Below are positions 12,943 through 24,094 of a stretch of 64,000 nt of DNA, piece by piece. The DNA is from Macrostomum hystrix (taxonomy: Eukaryota > Animalia > Platyhelminthes), in assembly GCA_950097015.1 (NCBI GenBank), contig CATNEN010000028.1:868001-932000 (forward strand), given 5' to 3'. How positions within the stretch are numbered: the first letter of the stretch is position 1; every line of letters starts with the position of its first letter. Position numbers and translations under genes: made by a program. A model generated the notes under the pieces. The model had not been told where the DNA came from and made no database searches. It saw only the letters and a list, made by a program, of their open reading frames with translations.

Positions 12943-13232
12943 GCCGCAGTCTGCAGCTGCCACGCCAGGCATCTAAAAATTTCCCCTGAATAACCATCTG
13001 TCTTGCGATGGCAGCTCTGCGCCAATAACTTGTACAATGACAATGAAACTTGATAGTTGTGCTTTTAAATACGACACCAAATATCAGATTTCAGCATACA
13101 ATGTTCTCATTGAAGTGCAGCATCACTCGCTTGATTCTATACATTATAAACGACACCAAACCATGGTTTTTCTGTCCACGGACCCATTTAACAGCTGGGT
13201 GTCTTACTCAAAGATATAAGTAACTTCAATGA

Positions 13233-13296
13233 GGTTAAAATTCGAACTCCAGACCTCCCGATCAGAAGTCCGGATTATCTAGCATTGCCCTTGTGC
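13233..13296 (-). mobile_element. tRNA-Arg-like SINE head fragment
   Basis: Minus strand reads CCGGACTTCTGATCGGGAGGTCTGGAGTTCGAAT (anticodon-arm-like TCT plus B-box). Related GAGGTC..GTTCGAATC motifs occur at ~22010-22110 and ~54311-54332. No complete cloverleaf. Confidence 0.5.
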
Positions 13297-13744
13297 TTTT
13301 GCTGTGCGCTTTTGATTTTCCGCGAAACCCAGACTTCGCATTGTCAATAAAACATCAACTACCTCAACAGAACCTGCCCAGCCCACCTAGAAGATCAATA
13401 AGCTAAATAAGCTAAATTGTCTCAACATATGCTCACTCTCAAATGCATGCCTGAGAGTACATGAAAGCAAAACACATACTCACAATTATGTCAGCGAAAA
13501 AAATTAAATATAAATGTAGACATGCTCGTATATATTTGAATTTCACACTGATAAGTATTTCACCAGTACTTTTTGGCTCTATCCGATGCAGAAACAACTT
13601 CCGGAATTATAAAATATCTCGACTATGCTGTCTCGGACGGCTTTGAAAGTGAGTTCATCGCAAAGGGTGTAAAAACTATGATCCATATGGTGTTCTTTCA
13701 CAAAAATCGGTTATTCAGTTTGAGAGCTATCGTGAAGTGACGCT

Positions 13745-14235
13745 CGTCACTCTGGTAACCTTGGGTTTCCAGCTGCGTTGAAAGACTTCAAACTCGCAGG
13801 TCCGGCGACTGTAACACACTAAAAGTGGGGAACGAACCTCGCGCTGGCAGACCGAGACCGGTTTCTGGCTTGTTTGACATCGTCAGTCAGCCATAGCCGC
13901 ACGCAGTCCTCTCCCACCACTCTTAGTGTGCACAGAAGTCTCTTTTAAGCTTGCCATTTTTATGCCGATACTTTTTTAGTGTTATGTGAGAGTTTTGCAG
14001 CCAAGTCTTTGCTTTTCTACTGTTGTCAGTAGTCTGAATTGTATCTCTCACAGACTAGCGACTACCTGCTGCTCGGCGTTGCTCACGCTGGCCACGACGG
14101 CAGCCACTGCGCCGTGGTCACTGTTCGAATATTTGGCGTTGTAAGCAGCCCCAGCGGCAATCAAGCACTGTTGAAATTCTGCGCTCATGCGGCCAAGTAG
14201 AGTTTGCGATTACACCCGCAAGGTCCAACCAGCCC
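13745..14235 (-). pseudogene. Degenerate cystatin paralogue
   Basis: Minus strand 14188 down to ~14048 translates MSAEFQQCLIAAGAAYNAKYSNSDHGAVAAVVASVSNAEQQVVASL*, aligning to ESAEFRESLAAAAAEYNSRF...ATVASVSRARKQIVAG of the intact cystatin. ~13810-13745 gives RRTCEFEVFQRSWKPKVT versus RNCEFEVWHRAWLPQRT. Contains a premature stop and frameshifts. Confidence 0.8.
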
Positions 14236-14540
14236 TCCAAGGCACAGTGATAGTGTACATTGTCTGACTGTAAACAACAGTGAGGCAGATGTACAAGAAT
14301 GTGTGCGTGGCTGTGGGTCGACTGCTGTCAAGTTGAAGCGTTTCAAATCAAACTTTCAAACTTTGCTCTTTTGACTTTACCGGAGCACACACGTCAGGCA
14401 GTGTAATGCTATCACTGCGACAAGGCCGCAAGCCTTCGCTCCGCGGCTGCGTCCCAATTGAATGTGGCCTCACCGCGAAATCGAGCTCGGGGACATTGTT
14501 GCGAGAGGCAATCGCGTTTAGTAGCTCTGCCACTCAACCC
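14233..14540 (-). mobile_element. tRNA-Leu-like SINE family: plus-strand internal fragment (14233-14330) and deleted minus-strand copy (14381-14540)
   Basis: Shares head (TGAGTGGCAGAG..TAAACGCG..GAGCTCGATTTCGCGG..GGCCACATTC) and body (CTCCAAGGCACAGTG..GTGTAC) with the copy at 17836-18166. Confidence 0.75.
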
Positions 14541-15115
14541 AAAAACGCTATTCCTAGTTCGGCCACAGAGACAAGAGCAAAAATTAGAAAGCAAAAAGAA
14601 ACTCAAACGTGTAAATTTATCTTTGAATAAAACGGCACGCGCGCAATACAGAGAAAATTTGTGTAATTTTTGTTAGTGCCAAAATTTTGCCGTGTATTTT
14701 ATGAGTTCGGAAGTGTTAGGAGCGAAATCGTTAATAAAATTTGCTATATAATGGAGGCTGAGACAGAACGAATAGTCCCAGAAACAGATAAATGTACATT
14801 CTGAATAGATTTCTTGAAAGGATATGGTGTGACAAGGAGAACGCATTAGATAGTAAATTGGTATAAATATAAATACCCAATAAAAAAGTAGAATACGTAC
14901 TATTGGTTCGTCATCCGCCCCCAGTTAAATATACGTACAATACTGTTCCAATACAAATAAATAAACTTAAAACATGCTTAAAACAGAACCAAGCGCAGCG
15001 GGCTCACTCCGCAATTACTCTCTTCAAAAAACGGAGTGAGCCCGCTAGGATGAGAATCCGTACCGAAAACAGCTCGCAGGTGTCACAGGAAGGCCCCGGC
15101 TGTCAGCCGTCTTCC

Positions 15116-15343
15116 TCACTCAACATCCTTGAGGTCGGCTGGCAGCTCCACCTTCGGGTGCTTGGCCTCGAAGTGCATCTTGTAGGTCTTCGGATCGCCA
15201 ATCTGGGCTTTGCACACGGTGCAGGTGTAAACCAGAGCCTTCTGGGCTGCTTTTTTCTGGTCCGAGCCCTGCGCCTTCTTCAAAGCCGCCTTCTTCTCGG
15301 CGTTTTTCTGCTGCGATTGAATCTTCTGCTGGCCGCGAGCCAT
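15116..15343 (-). CDS. ZNF706: Zinc finger protein 706 (SERF/4F5-like N-terminus + C2H2), copy A, 75 aa
   Basis: MARGQQKIQSQQKNAEKK...YTCTVCKAQIGDPKTYKMHFEAKHPK closely matches the remembered metazoan ZNF706 sequence. Coding region is intronless. Confidence 0.95.
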   Translation of the reverse strand: MARGQQKIQSQQKNAEKKAALKKAQGSDQKKAAQKALVYTCTVCKAQIGDPKTYKMHFEAKHPKVELPADLKDVE

Positions 15344-15425
15344 TGCCTGCCTGTCCGGTTTAGCAACTGAGCTGAGGAAAGGACAGAAGTGTGTACTGTG
15401 TAACTGTGTACCAATTTTAAAGTTT

Positions 15426-15610
15426 GGCTGAGTTGCGGAGTGGTCTAACGCGATTGCCTCTCGCATCGAGGTCCCTGAGCTCGATTCCGCGGCGAGGCCA
15501 CATTCACGTCCTTGAGGGCCAAGCTCAAAGGAACAGTGTGAGTGTGCGCCTGCAAACGTCAGGAATCAGTGGAATGGGCAGAATGGCCTCCTCGCTGGCT
15601 GCCTCTACAA
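15426..15610 (+). mobile_element. tRNA-Leu-like SINE copy (internally deleted)
   Basis: GAGTGGTCTAACGCG A-box region, GAGCTCGATTCC B-box, 3' part GGGCAGAATGGCCTCCTCGCTGGCTG shared with other copies. Confidence 0.8.
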
Positions 15611-16146
15611 CTTCCCATAATTTTAACGACTTGGGAAATTGTTACAAAAGGCAAAGTTTAAAATGCCAATAAAGCAACAAATTTACAAAGTCATAGATCT
15701 AAGCCAAAAATGCACGACCATGTTTTAAACTCAACGTTAAAAAATTATGCAAGTACATGGCGAACTAAAAAAAGCTGGTTGATTTCAAACCACCGAATCG
15801 TTTTTGCTTATTTATTTGTTTTAAAAGTTGGATATATTTTTATGAAATCATTTTGTCAGCGCACCAGAACAGGTGTGTTTTACGTAAACCGGTGCTCCGG
15901 AAAACTAACCAAACACACACACACACGCACTAATTTTCCTGCAAGGTCAACTGTCTACAGTGTGCTTGTTAATCCTGTACAAAGTAAACAGCTGACAAGA
16001 ACTCTATTTACACACAGCGTTCGCGCCGCTCCCTCTAAAAAACACGCGACTATTTAATAGATAATAAAAAGAAAATAACAGGCTAGGGCGAGGCCATACA
16101 TCTGAAATCACTTCAACTTCTCAGACACGCCCGCATCGGCTGTCCG

Positions 16147-16374
16147 TCACTCAACATCCTTGAGGTCGGCTGGCAGCTCCACCTTCGGGTGCTTGGCCTC
16201 GAAGTGCATCTTGTAGGTCTTCGGATCGCCAATCTGGGCCTTGCACACGGTACAGGTGTAAACCAGAGCGGCCTGGGCGGCCTTCTTCTGATCGGAGCCC
16301 TGCGACTTCTTCATAGCCGCCTTCTTCTCGGCGTTTTTCTGCTGCGATTGAATCTTCTGGTGTCCGCGAGCCAT
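16147..16374 (-). CDS. ZNF706: Zinc finger protein 706, copy B, 75 aa
   Basis: MARGHQKIQSQQKNAEKKAAMKKSQGSDQKKAAQAALVYTCTVC...; 4 aa differences from copy A. Confidence 0.95.
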   Translation of the reverse strand: MARGHQKIQSQQKNAEKKAAMKKSQGSDQKKAAQAALVYTCTVCKAQIGDPKTYKMHFEAKHPKVELPADLKDVE

Positions 16375-17169
16375 TGCCAGCTGAAGCAGTTCAGGTTGAA
16401 CACGGATGCACAGACAGGCACAAACAAACGAATTTTCTGGGCTAATAAGCTCAAGCCTCTAAAAATGGCCGAAAAACTCTCCCTCTGGCTAATCTTGGGG
16501 ATTTGGGGATAATTTTGGGGACAGTTAAAAAATTATCCCCAAAAAGTTAAAAAATTCCCTGTAGTTTACAAATTATCCTAGATAATTATCCCACTCAATG
16601 TTAATAATTTATCCTTTACGGTGTGCGAAGTAACCCAATATGTCTGAGCCTATAGGATTTAGTTTAGGCAGTTTGTGCATTTCTAGCCGTTATAATTTGT
16701 TAAAACAAGCAAAATGTTCAGCCACTAAAGGACTACAAGCCCACGAAAAAGAAGAAACAATGCCAAGATGAACACTGGGGGAAAATAAAGTGAAACAGCT
16801 TCATAAACCAAGAGTGTATTGAAAAATAACTGCTTCGTGTCGATTCCTGGCTTCCAAGTGTGCTTTTACAAGTTCACAACTCGAAAAATATAGTTTTTTG
16901 TTTTTAAAAAGCATACATTTCTTTAACACAGTCTTCTAGATGCGTTTTTGAAGCGAGCAAATATTTATAAGAGAAGTAAAAGTTATTTTTATATTTGAAA
17001 TAAAAGACAAGTGTTAATATGGCAAAGAAGCAAAGTTTACAGGCTTGTTCTCAAAATAAAATCTGAATAATATATAATAAGACATTCTTGCACTTTCACC
17101 TCAGCGTGGGGATGGAGACAATGAAGTATATACCTGAGTCATACTATCAAGCGATTTAATGTTTGTTGT

Positions 17170-17559
17170 TCAACAATCGACGCCAAGCACCAAGGTCCGC
17201 TGCGGCAGCCAGGCGCGATGCCAGACCTCAAACTCGCAGTTCCTATCTGGACAGCTGTCGCAGCCTCTGACAGACATGCGGGCCTTGAACTTGTACTTGA
17301 CTCCAGCGACAATCTGCTTCCTAGCCCGGCTAACACTGGCCACCGTAGCGGCTGCTGTGCCGTAATCGCCGTTGGTGGAAGCGGCAAATCTAGAATTGTA
17401 CTCCGCAGCAGCAGCGGCCAGACTTTCGCGAAATTCGGCGCTCTCCAGTTCCGAGGGTGTCACTTTGGACCAGCCGCCTAGCATTGCGTTTGAGGCCTCA
17501 GCATTGATAAATAGGAGCAATGCAGCTACTAATAGTAGGCTTGATGCGCATCGATTCAT
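17170..17559 (-). CDS. Secreted cystatin (type 2-like cysteine protease inhibitor), 129 aa
   Basis: True ATG at 17559 (MNRCASSLLLVAALLLFINAEAS signal peptide), N-terminal LGGW glycine, QIVAG (QxVxG), second hairpin loop HRAW (PW variant), four Cys in the mature chain. Confidence 0.9.
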   Translation of the reverse strand: MNRCASSLLLVAALLLFINAEASNAMLGGWSKVTPSELESAEFRESLAAAAAEYNSRFAASTNGDYGTAAATVASVSRARKQIVAGVKYKFKARMSVRGCDSCPDRNCEFEVWHRAWLPQRTLVLGVDC

Positions 17560-17835
17560 GCTTCTGTTCCTTCGCTTGTTGTCGGCTTTGAGAACTGCAA
17601 CGGGGTGAGCTGAGTTTTTCGTAGACAAGTCGGCGGCTCCCTTTCAATATTCGACTTTTATACTCAAACTCAGGGAGCCTAGATCTCGTTAATCATCGGA
17701 ATTAATCGATCCAGCGAATGACTGACGCCAGGAAGGATGTAATTAAATTTAAGTATGTGTGTGCCCATTATCATGGAATAGTGCGAAAAACTATGAAAAA
17801 GTTCGCGTTTTCAATGGATCAAACATTCTATTGCA

Positions 17836-18166
17836 GGGGTGAATTGCAGAGCGGTCTAACGCGCGTTTGCCTCTCTCGGACCAAGGTCCCTGAGCTCGAT
17901 TCCGAGGCGAGGCCACATTCATTTGGGGCGCAGCCGCGGAGAGAAGGCTTGGGGGCTTGTCGTGCAATTTACGCCATCGATGGCCAACCTCCAAGGCACA
18001 GTGAAAGTGTACACTGCCTGACGAGGAGAAAATCAGGGTTGATGTACACACCTGTGTGAGCGAGTGCCTGCGTACAGTATCTGTGTGCGTGTGTGCTCAG
18101 GAGTGAGTGAAATGGGCGGAAGTGGCTGCGGGCCTAGTGTCATCAAATGTGCCATTGCCCGCAGCC
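17836..18166 (+). mobile_element. tRNA-Leu-like SINE, longest copy (~330 bp)
   Basis: GGGGTGAATTGCAGAGCGGTCTAACGCG head (cf. tRNA-Leu GAGCGGTCTAAGGCG), B-box GAGCTCGATTCC, unique body shared with 5 other local fragments. Confidence 0.85.
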
Positions 18167-18713
18167 CTACAGCAATTATCATTATTATAGAAATTCGATT
18201 GCACTTCTGACTATCTCGGCTGTTCTTAAAAACAAAAAAACAGTAACTCAACAAAACGCAACTTATAACTGGCATTTCAAATGAAACCAGCTCATTCACA
18301 TGAAAGTAAAATTGTTATTGAATTGTGAAAACACATTCGACAGATTTCTAATACACCCGGATTGGCTAGGTAAATCTAAGTGTGCAATCAGCTATGTGAG
18401 AGCAGACTGCATAGCATAAGATAAAGCAGGCACTGCTTTTGCTACTGTTGAAATAGTTTATAGTACACCGACTGACTACATTAGATTAATATTAATTTCT
18501 ACAGAAAGTACTTTTAAATAGTCTATTTATCGTGATATTTTAGACAGGGGATCATTGGTAGAAACTCGTAAATTTTAGGATTTTATAACGGAGCAGTCCC
18601 TATTCTATCTATCGAACAAAATATGACGCTAAAAGAGCTAACAATAGTGACATCCGATGCTAAATATTCAAACTTATAATCTCTCTAATTGTAAGTGTAA
18701 TCAGCTTGGCGAA

Positions 18714-19064
18714 TCAACGCCTAGGCTCCCAAGGATCCAGAACTTCGCCCCAGCGCAGTCGTTTAGTCTCCGGATACAGTTCCGGATGAGTCCGTTTGAA
18801 ATCGGCCACATAGGCAGCGCGGACTCGCAATCGATTAGAGTAATAGACGTCGTACAGGTAGCCCAGACCGAAGAAACCAACAGAGCTGGCTAGAGCGTAT
18901 GGCAGCTTATAAAACCAGGGCGCCTTGTAGTAGCGATTGCGAATCACCCAGCCGAATGCGCACAATCCGGCGAAGGTGTGCCCGGTGGAGAGAGGCGCAG
19001 TCAGAACCCCCTTTAGTGACAGCGCATTCAAGTCCTGGCTGGTTGTGCTGTCCTGCGAGGACAT
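18714..19064 (-). CDS. NDUFC2: NADH:ubiquinone oxidoreductase subunit C2 (B14.5b), 116 aa
   Basis: Two hydrophobic helices and C-terminus DFKRTHPELYPETKRLRWGEVLDPWEPRR matching the NDUFC2 pattern YMKLHPEDFPE..KKTYGEIFEKFHPIR. Confidence 0.85.
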   Translation of the reverse strand: MSSQDSTTSQDLNALSLKGVLTAPLSTGHTFAGLCAFGWVIRNRYYKAPWFYKLPYALASSVGFFGLGYLYDVYYSNRLRVRAAYVADFKRTHPELYPETKRLRWGEVLDPWEPRR

Positions 19065-19169
19065 GACCTGAGGCAGCTGGAATCAATGTATCATATATTT
19101 TGCTGGCTGGCAACATTATCAGTTAGTACAGACTCGGACAGACTAGCGTAAATTAGACATGACCGGCGA

Positions 19170-19350
19170 TAATGAAGGCTGAGAGAGAGGATAGTGACCA
19201 ATCATAAGGCTGAGAGAGAGAGGATAGTGACCAATCATAAGGCTGAGAGAGAGAGGATAGTGACCAATCATAAGGCTGAGAGAGAGGATAGTGACCAATC
19301 ATAAGGCTGAGAGAGAGGATAGTGACCAATCAAAAGGCTGGGAGAGGATA
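19170..19350. repeat. 29-31-bp tandem repeat (GATAGTGACCAATCATAAGGCTGAGAGAG)n
   Basis: About 6 visible units upstream of NDUFC2. Confidence 0.85.
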
Positions 19351-19934
19351 ATGATTAATCATCATTTTAATTTGATATTATGAGAGACGGGATTATGACC
19401 TACCTAAATTGAATAGGACTAAACCAACTAGTATTGTTGACAGTAAAAAATAAAAAGATAAGTTCAGGCGATAAAAAAGTGAATATACGCAATGTTTGTT
19501 GTGAAAAAGCCGCAAAACATATCTATACATATATAAAAATTGCGAATAGCAGGCCACAAAAAAAATGGAAGCAGATTTCAAGCATAAAAACTAGTCAGCG
19601 GATGCAAGCAAACTAACAGTTGATTACTTAGAGACAAAAGTATATACAGTTGATAGGTTTGTTACGAAATTATAAGATTCGTTCTCAAATGTTAATTGCA
19701 CATTTTGATTCTACTTAAAGTAGAAAGATAGAGAAATGACTATAACAATCAATTTGTAAGCAGCTGTTTACGTGACTAGATTGTTAACTATTAAAATTAA
19801 TGTTTTCAAATGTCTAGGAAAATCTATATCTAAAACCAAACTTAATTGATTTACTGACTTAAATAAACAATTTCTATAGTAAAAACAATATATGCAGACA
19901 TATTTTAAAATGCCATGCAATGTACACAAAAAGT

Positions 19935-21047
19935 GAGTCATTGCACCCTCCAGATGGTCATTCAGTGCCTGAGTCATTACACCCTCCAGATGGTCATTCA
20001 GTGCCTGAGTCATTACACCCTCCAGATGGTCATTCAGTGCCTGAGTCATTACACCCTGCAGATGGTCATTCAGTGCCTGAGTCATTACACCCTGCAGATA
20101 GTCATTCAGTGCCTGAGTCATTACACCCTCCAGATGGACATTCAGTATGTCATTACACCCTACAGATGGTCATTCAGTGCCTGAGTCATTACACCCTCCA
20201 GATGGACATTCAGTATGTCATTACACCCTACAGATGGTCATTCAGTGCCTGAGTCAATACACCCTCCAGATGGTCATTCAGTGCCTGAGTCATTACACCC
20301 TCCAGATGGTCATTCAGTGCCTGAGTCATTACACCCTCCAGATGGTCATTCAGTGCCTGAGTCATTACACCCTCCAGATGGACATTCAGTGCCTGAGTCA
20401 TTACACCCTCCAGATGGTCATTCAGTGTGTCATTACACTCTCCAGATGGTCATTCAGTGTGTCATTACACCCTACAGATGGTCATTCAGTGTGTCATTAC
20501 ACCCTACAGATGGTCATTCAGTGCCTGAGTCATTACACCCTCCAGATGGTCATTCAGTGCCTGAGTCATTACACCCTGCAGATGGTCATTCAGTGCCTGA
20601 GTCATTACACCCTGCAGATAGTCATTCAGTGCCTGAGTCATTACACCCTCCAGATGGACATTCAGTATGTCATTACACCCTACAGATGGTCATTCAGTGC
20701 CTGAGTCAATACACCCTCCAGATGGTCATTCAGTGCCTGAGTCATTACACCCTCCAGATGGTCATTCAGTGCCTGAGTCATTACACCCTCCAGATGGACA
20801 TTCAGCATGTCATTACACCCTCCAGATGGACATTCAGTGTGTCGATACACCCTACAGTTGTTCATTCAGTGCCTGAGTTATTACACCCTCCAGATGGTCA
20901 TTCAGTGCCTGAGTCATTACACCCTCCAGATGGCCATTCAGTGCCTGAGTCATTACACCCTCCAGATGGACATTCAGTATGTCATTACACCCTACAGATA
21001 GTCATTCAGTGCCTGAGTCATTACACCCTCCAGATGGTCATTCAGTG
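19935..21047. repeat. 36-bp minisatellite (CCTGAGTCATTACACCCTCCAGATGGTCATTCAGTG)n with 32-bp variants
   Basis: Tandem array immediately 3' of the MPP7 stop; source of the SLHPPDGHSVPE ORFs. Confidence 0.95.
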
Positions 21048-21089
21048 CGGCACCAGGTGAGTGACAATAGGAGCTGCAGCAGTTCAATG

Positions 21090-24000
21090 TCAGAGCCAGT
21101 GCTTGGGCACATAGGAGAAGTCAGTCTCCAGTCTGTAAGCCAATTCGGACAGAGTCTCCAAAGCCACCGGTAGGTCGTCATTGACCAGAGTAAAATCAAT
21201 CAGATGGGCGCAGGCGGACTCCATGCGTTGGCCTTCAATAACCATGGCTTCTAGCTCGGATAAACTCAGTTGCCGACCAGTTTCGTACAAGCTCTCCTGC
21301 TGCTGCTGCTGCTGCTGAAGCAGATGCGGCGCCCTTGTCTCGCGCAGGACGTCCAACGGTGGCGGCTTGACGTAGACAACGAAAGCGCGCAGCTGGGGAG
21401 TTCTCAGGCCCATCAGGCAGTGAGGCGGAGCACCGCGTGGCACGCAGACGGGCACCCGGCCAGCCCGCAGCATCTGCGTCAGGGAATCCACAGGCAAGGC
21501 CCAGGTTTCGGCGCCGCCATCTTCGGTCCATTGTTCGGCTAGTCGACCAGCCTCGGCTAGGGCGCGTATCTGGGGGGCCGTCAGCGGCAGACAGGGCTCC
21601 GGCTGTTGAGACATTATCTGCTTCTGCTGCTGCTGCTGCTGAGTCTGGTTTGATCGCGTAGTGACCAGGACGGGCAAAGCGAAATGGCCGGGATCTGTGC
21701 CCACCAGCTGCCGAGCCAGTTCGCGCCGGCCAACTCCGGACGGCCCAATCAGCACTAGAGGCCGGTAGGGCAGCGCGGACGAGCCGGTGGCGGGGGCGCC
21801 GTCCGGCTGGCCGGGATAGAATCGTCCCAGCTCTTCGTAGAACTGCGGCTGCTGGCCCTGCTGATGCTCAGTGCCAGTGCCACCGTCTGCGGTTATTAAA
21901 AATGAAAAGAATCTCATAGATGCTACTTAGTTACCCAGTAGTGTGAAACTATATATAACAAGTTTTTCTGCTTCTTAATAGAAAGGTTGAGCTCCAGATA
22001 CGGCCCTAATCGAGAGGTCTGGAGTTCGAATCTCAATAAACAAGAGGTCTGGAATTCGAATCTCTATAACCGAGAGGTCTGGGGTTCGAATCTCTATGAA
22101 CAAGACTCTGGAATTCCCTATTGCTTTAGTTCACCCAACAATAAATTGGCTGAGCTAGAAATCTAGAAGGCTGTTGGTGGCCACAGTGACTACACGGCCT
22201 ATCTAATGCTCAGATTAATTCCGCACCTCGATGAGGAGCCGCTGGCGACGATGGCGACGAAGTTGCTGAAGATGCCGTGGACTTGACGCTGGCTCTGCGA
22301 CTACCCTGTTGCTGCTGCTGCTGCTGATACCGGCGAAGCTGAAGGTCGGTGCTGGGCACCAGACCCGCTCGCCGTCTGGCGTCGCCCTCCTTGACGGCCT
22401 GCCACCAGTCGCCGTCCTCGCGGTTCACTAGTTGCAGAATGTCGCCCCTGCGCAGGCAGTGCCCGGCCTCCTTGCATGGAATCAGCGCGTCGTCAAGCGG
22501 ATTGTAGTTGAATAGGACGCGAACCGTGGCCTGGGCGGCCGCCTGCTGACCGACCGCAGTGCCGCCTGACGTCGACGACGACCTGCGCTCCGATGGCAGC
22601 ACTGATAGGCGAACATTGCCTCGGGCAGTGGTCAGCATGCGAATGGCAGTCATCGGGTCCTGGCTGGCTACGGGCACCTGGGAGATGACGCAACCAGTGA
22701 AGACAAAATGAAGAATTTTGTTTTAATTAAAACTACCAGAGATGCCCTATTGTGCCCTACACTAGACCCGCAGCCAGCGAGGAGACAATTCTGCCCATTT
22801 CGCTTGACTCCTGAGCACACATGCACACAGATACTGCACGCAGGCACTCGCTCACACAGGTGCACGACAAGCCCCAAGCCTTCTCTGCGCAGATGCGCCC
22901 CAAAAAATGTGGCCTAGCCGCGGAATCGAGCTCAAGGACCTTGGTGCGAGAGAGGCAAACGCGTTAGACCGCTCTGCCACTCACCCCCCCCTGTGATGGT
23001 ATTGGATGAGATTAGAAACTAAATAGACGGGTAGATAAGCACAATACGAGTCACTGATGATAAGCCATACTCAAATTGTACTGCTAAACTGATCTGGACA
23101 ATTAAAACAGTTTATTTCCTACCTGGTTCACAGCCTGAACTTCGTCGCCAGCCTGCAGTAGGTCGCTTCGGTCGGCCAAGCCGCCATGCATGACCCGGGC
23201 AATGAGGATGGCCCCAGTTCGCTCATTGATCTTGATAGTTGCGCCAAGCGGCTCGTCCTGCTTCACTAACTCCACAATCTTAACGCTGACGTCGTCTTCG
23301 TCAACCTCGTGCGGCACAGGCGACAGTCGGGGTCCATAGCAACGATTGGCCAGATCGTCGTGCACCTGGACCAGGGCTTTCATGTGCGGCTTGCGCAATA
23401 GGTGCACCAGCTCCGGGCAGCCATCCGCGTGCGGATGACAACGCAAATAGTCGTAGGCCTGGGATTCAATAAAAAAGAGACCATTATTCGTACAAAGACC
23501 ACACTATTTTTCAACTTAGAGAAAATTCCACGGGAGTATTTCAATTTTTTCGCCCTTTACAATTAATGATTAACGATTATGATTAACCTATATGGCCAAC
23601 CACTATAGCCAACATGGTTACATTATGAGTTTTGTGAGCAGAAAATTGATGATTTTTTGCCACTAGACACCTAGACAAGAATTGTTGAATATCTCGAAAA
23701 TGCTGATGTTTTCCAATTCTGGAAGTTTCATATCATAGAGCAGAGAATTTGAGCTCATGCTCAGGATTTTAATAGTAATTGGTTCAATATTTTGGGATAT
23801 ACAGAAAAGAAAAATCTGGGTTTTTGAAATGCCCAACTTGGAATCTCTACTGTCAAACAATGCTATGCTAAAATTTAAGGCATTTTTAACTAATACCAAT
23901 GCCAGTGGGAATCTGCACACCTCAATGACATCCTCTAGAGCACTGGGCGTCACGGGAGCCACACGCTTGGCTAGGCAGTTTTCCAGAATGTCGCACAATT

Positions 24001-24094
24001 TCACAACAGCATTCATGCTGGTGTCATTTGAGAACTGCAGTAGAAAATCTTTGTCATTGGTTGACAATGAGCCACTTTTAATGAGAGACTCCAT
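21090..24094 (-). CDS. MPP7: MAGUK p55 subfamily scaffold, MPP7-like (L27-L27-PDZ-SH3-GUK)
   Basis: Exons 24094-23921, 23458-23123, 22677-22227, 21886-21090 join in frame at GT/AG sites. PDZ EPLGATIKINERTGAILIARVMHGGLADRS; SH3 VLFNYNPLDDALIPCKEAG..GDILQ..DGDWWQA..AGLVPS; GUK RPLVLIGPSGVGRREL. Closest remembered match is MPP7. Confidence 0.88.
22005..22115 (+). repeat. Short tandem amplification of a tRNA B-box-like unit (GAGGTCTGG(A/G)GTTCGAATCTC) x3-4
   Basis: Lies in the last MPP7 intron; ~30-bp period. Confidence 0.7.
22745..22990 (-). mobile_element. tRNA-Leu-like SINE copy in MPP7 intron
   Basis: Reverse complement of the head (GGGGTGAGTGGCAGAGCGGTCTAACGCG..GAGCTCGATTCCGCGG) plus 3' body, with the middle deleted. 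Confidence 0.85.

Noticed and set aside
19768-21173. Multiple His/Pro repeat ORFs
   Set aside because: 36-bp satellite translations in several frames and on both strands.
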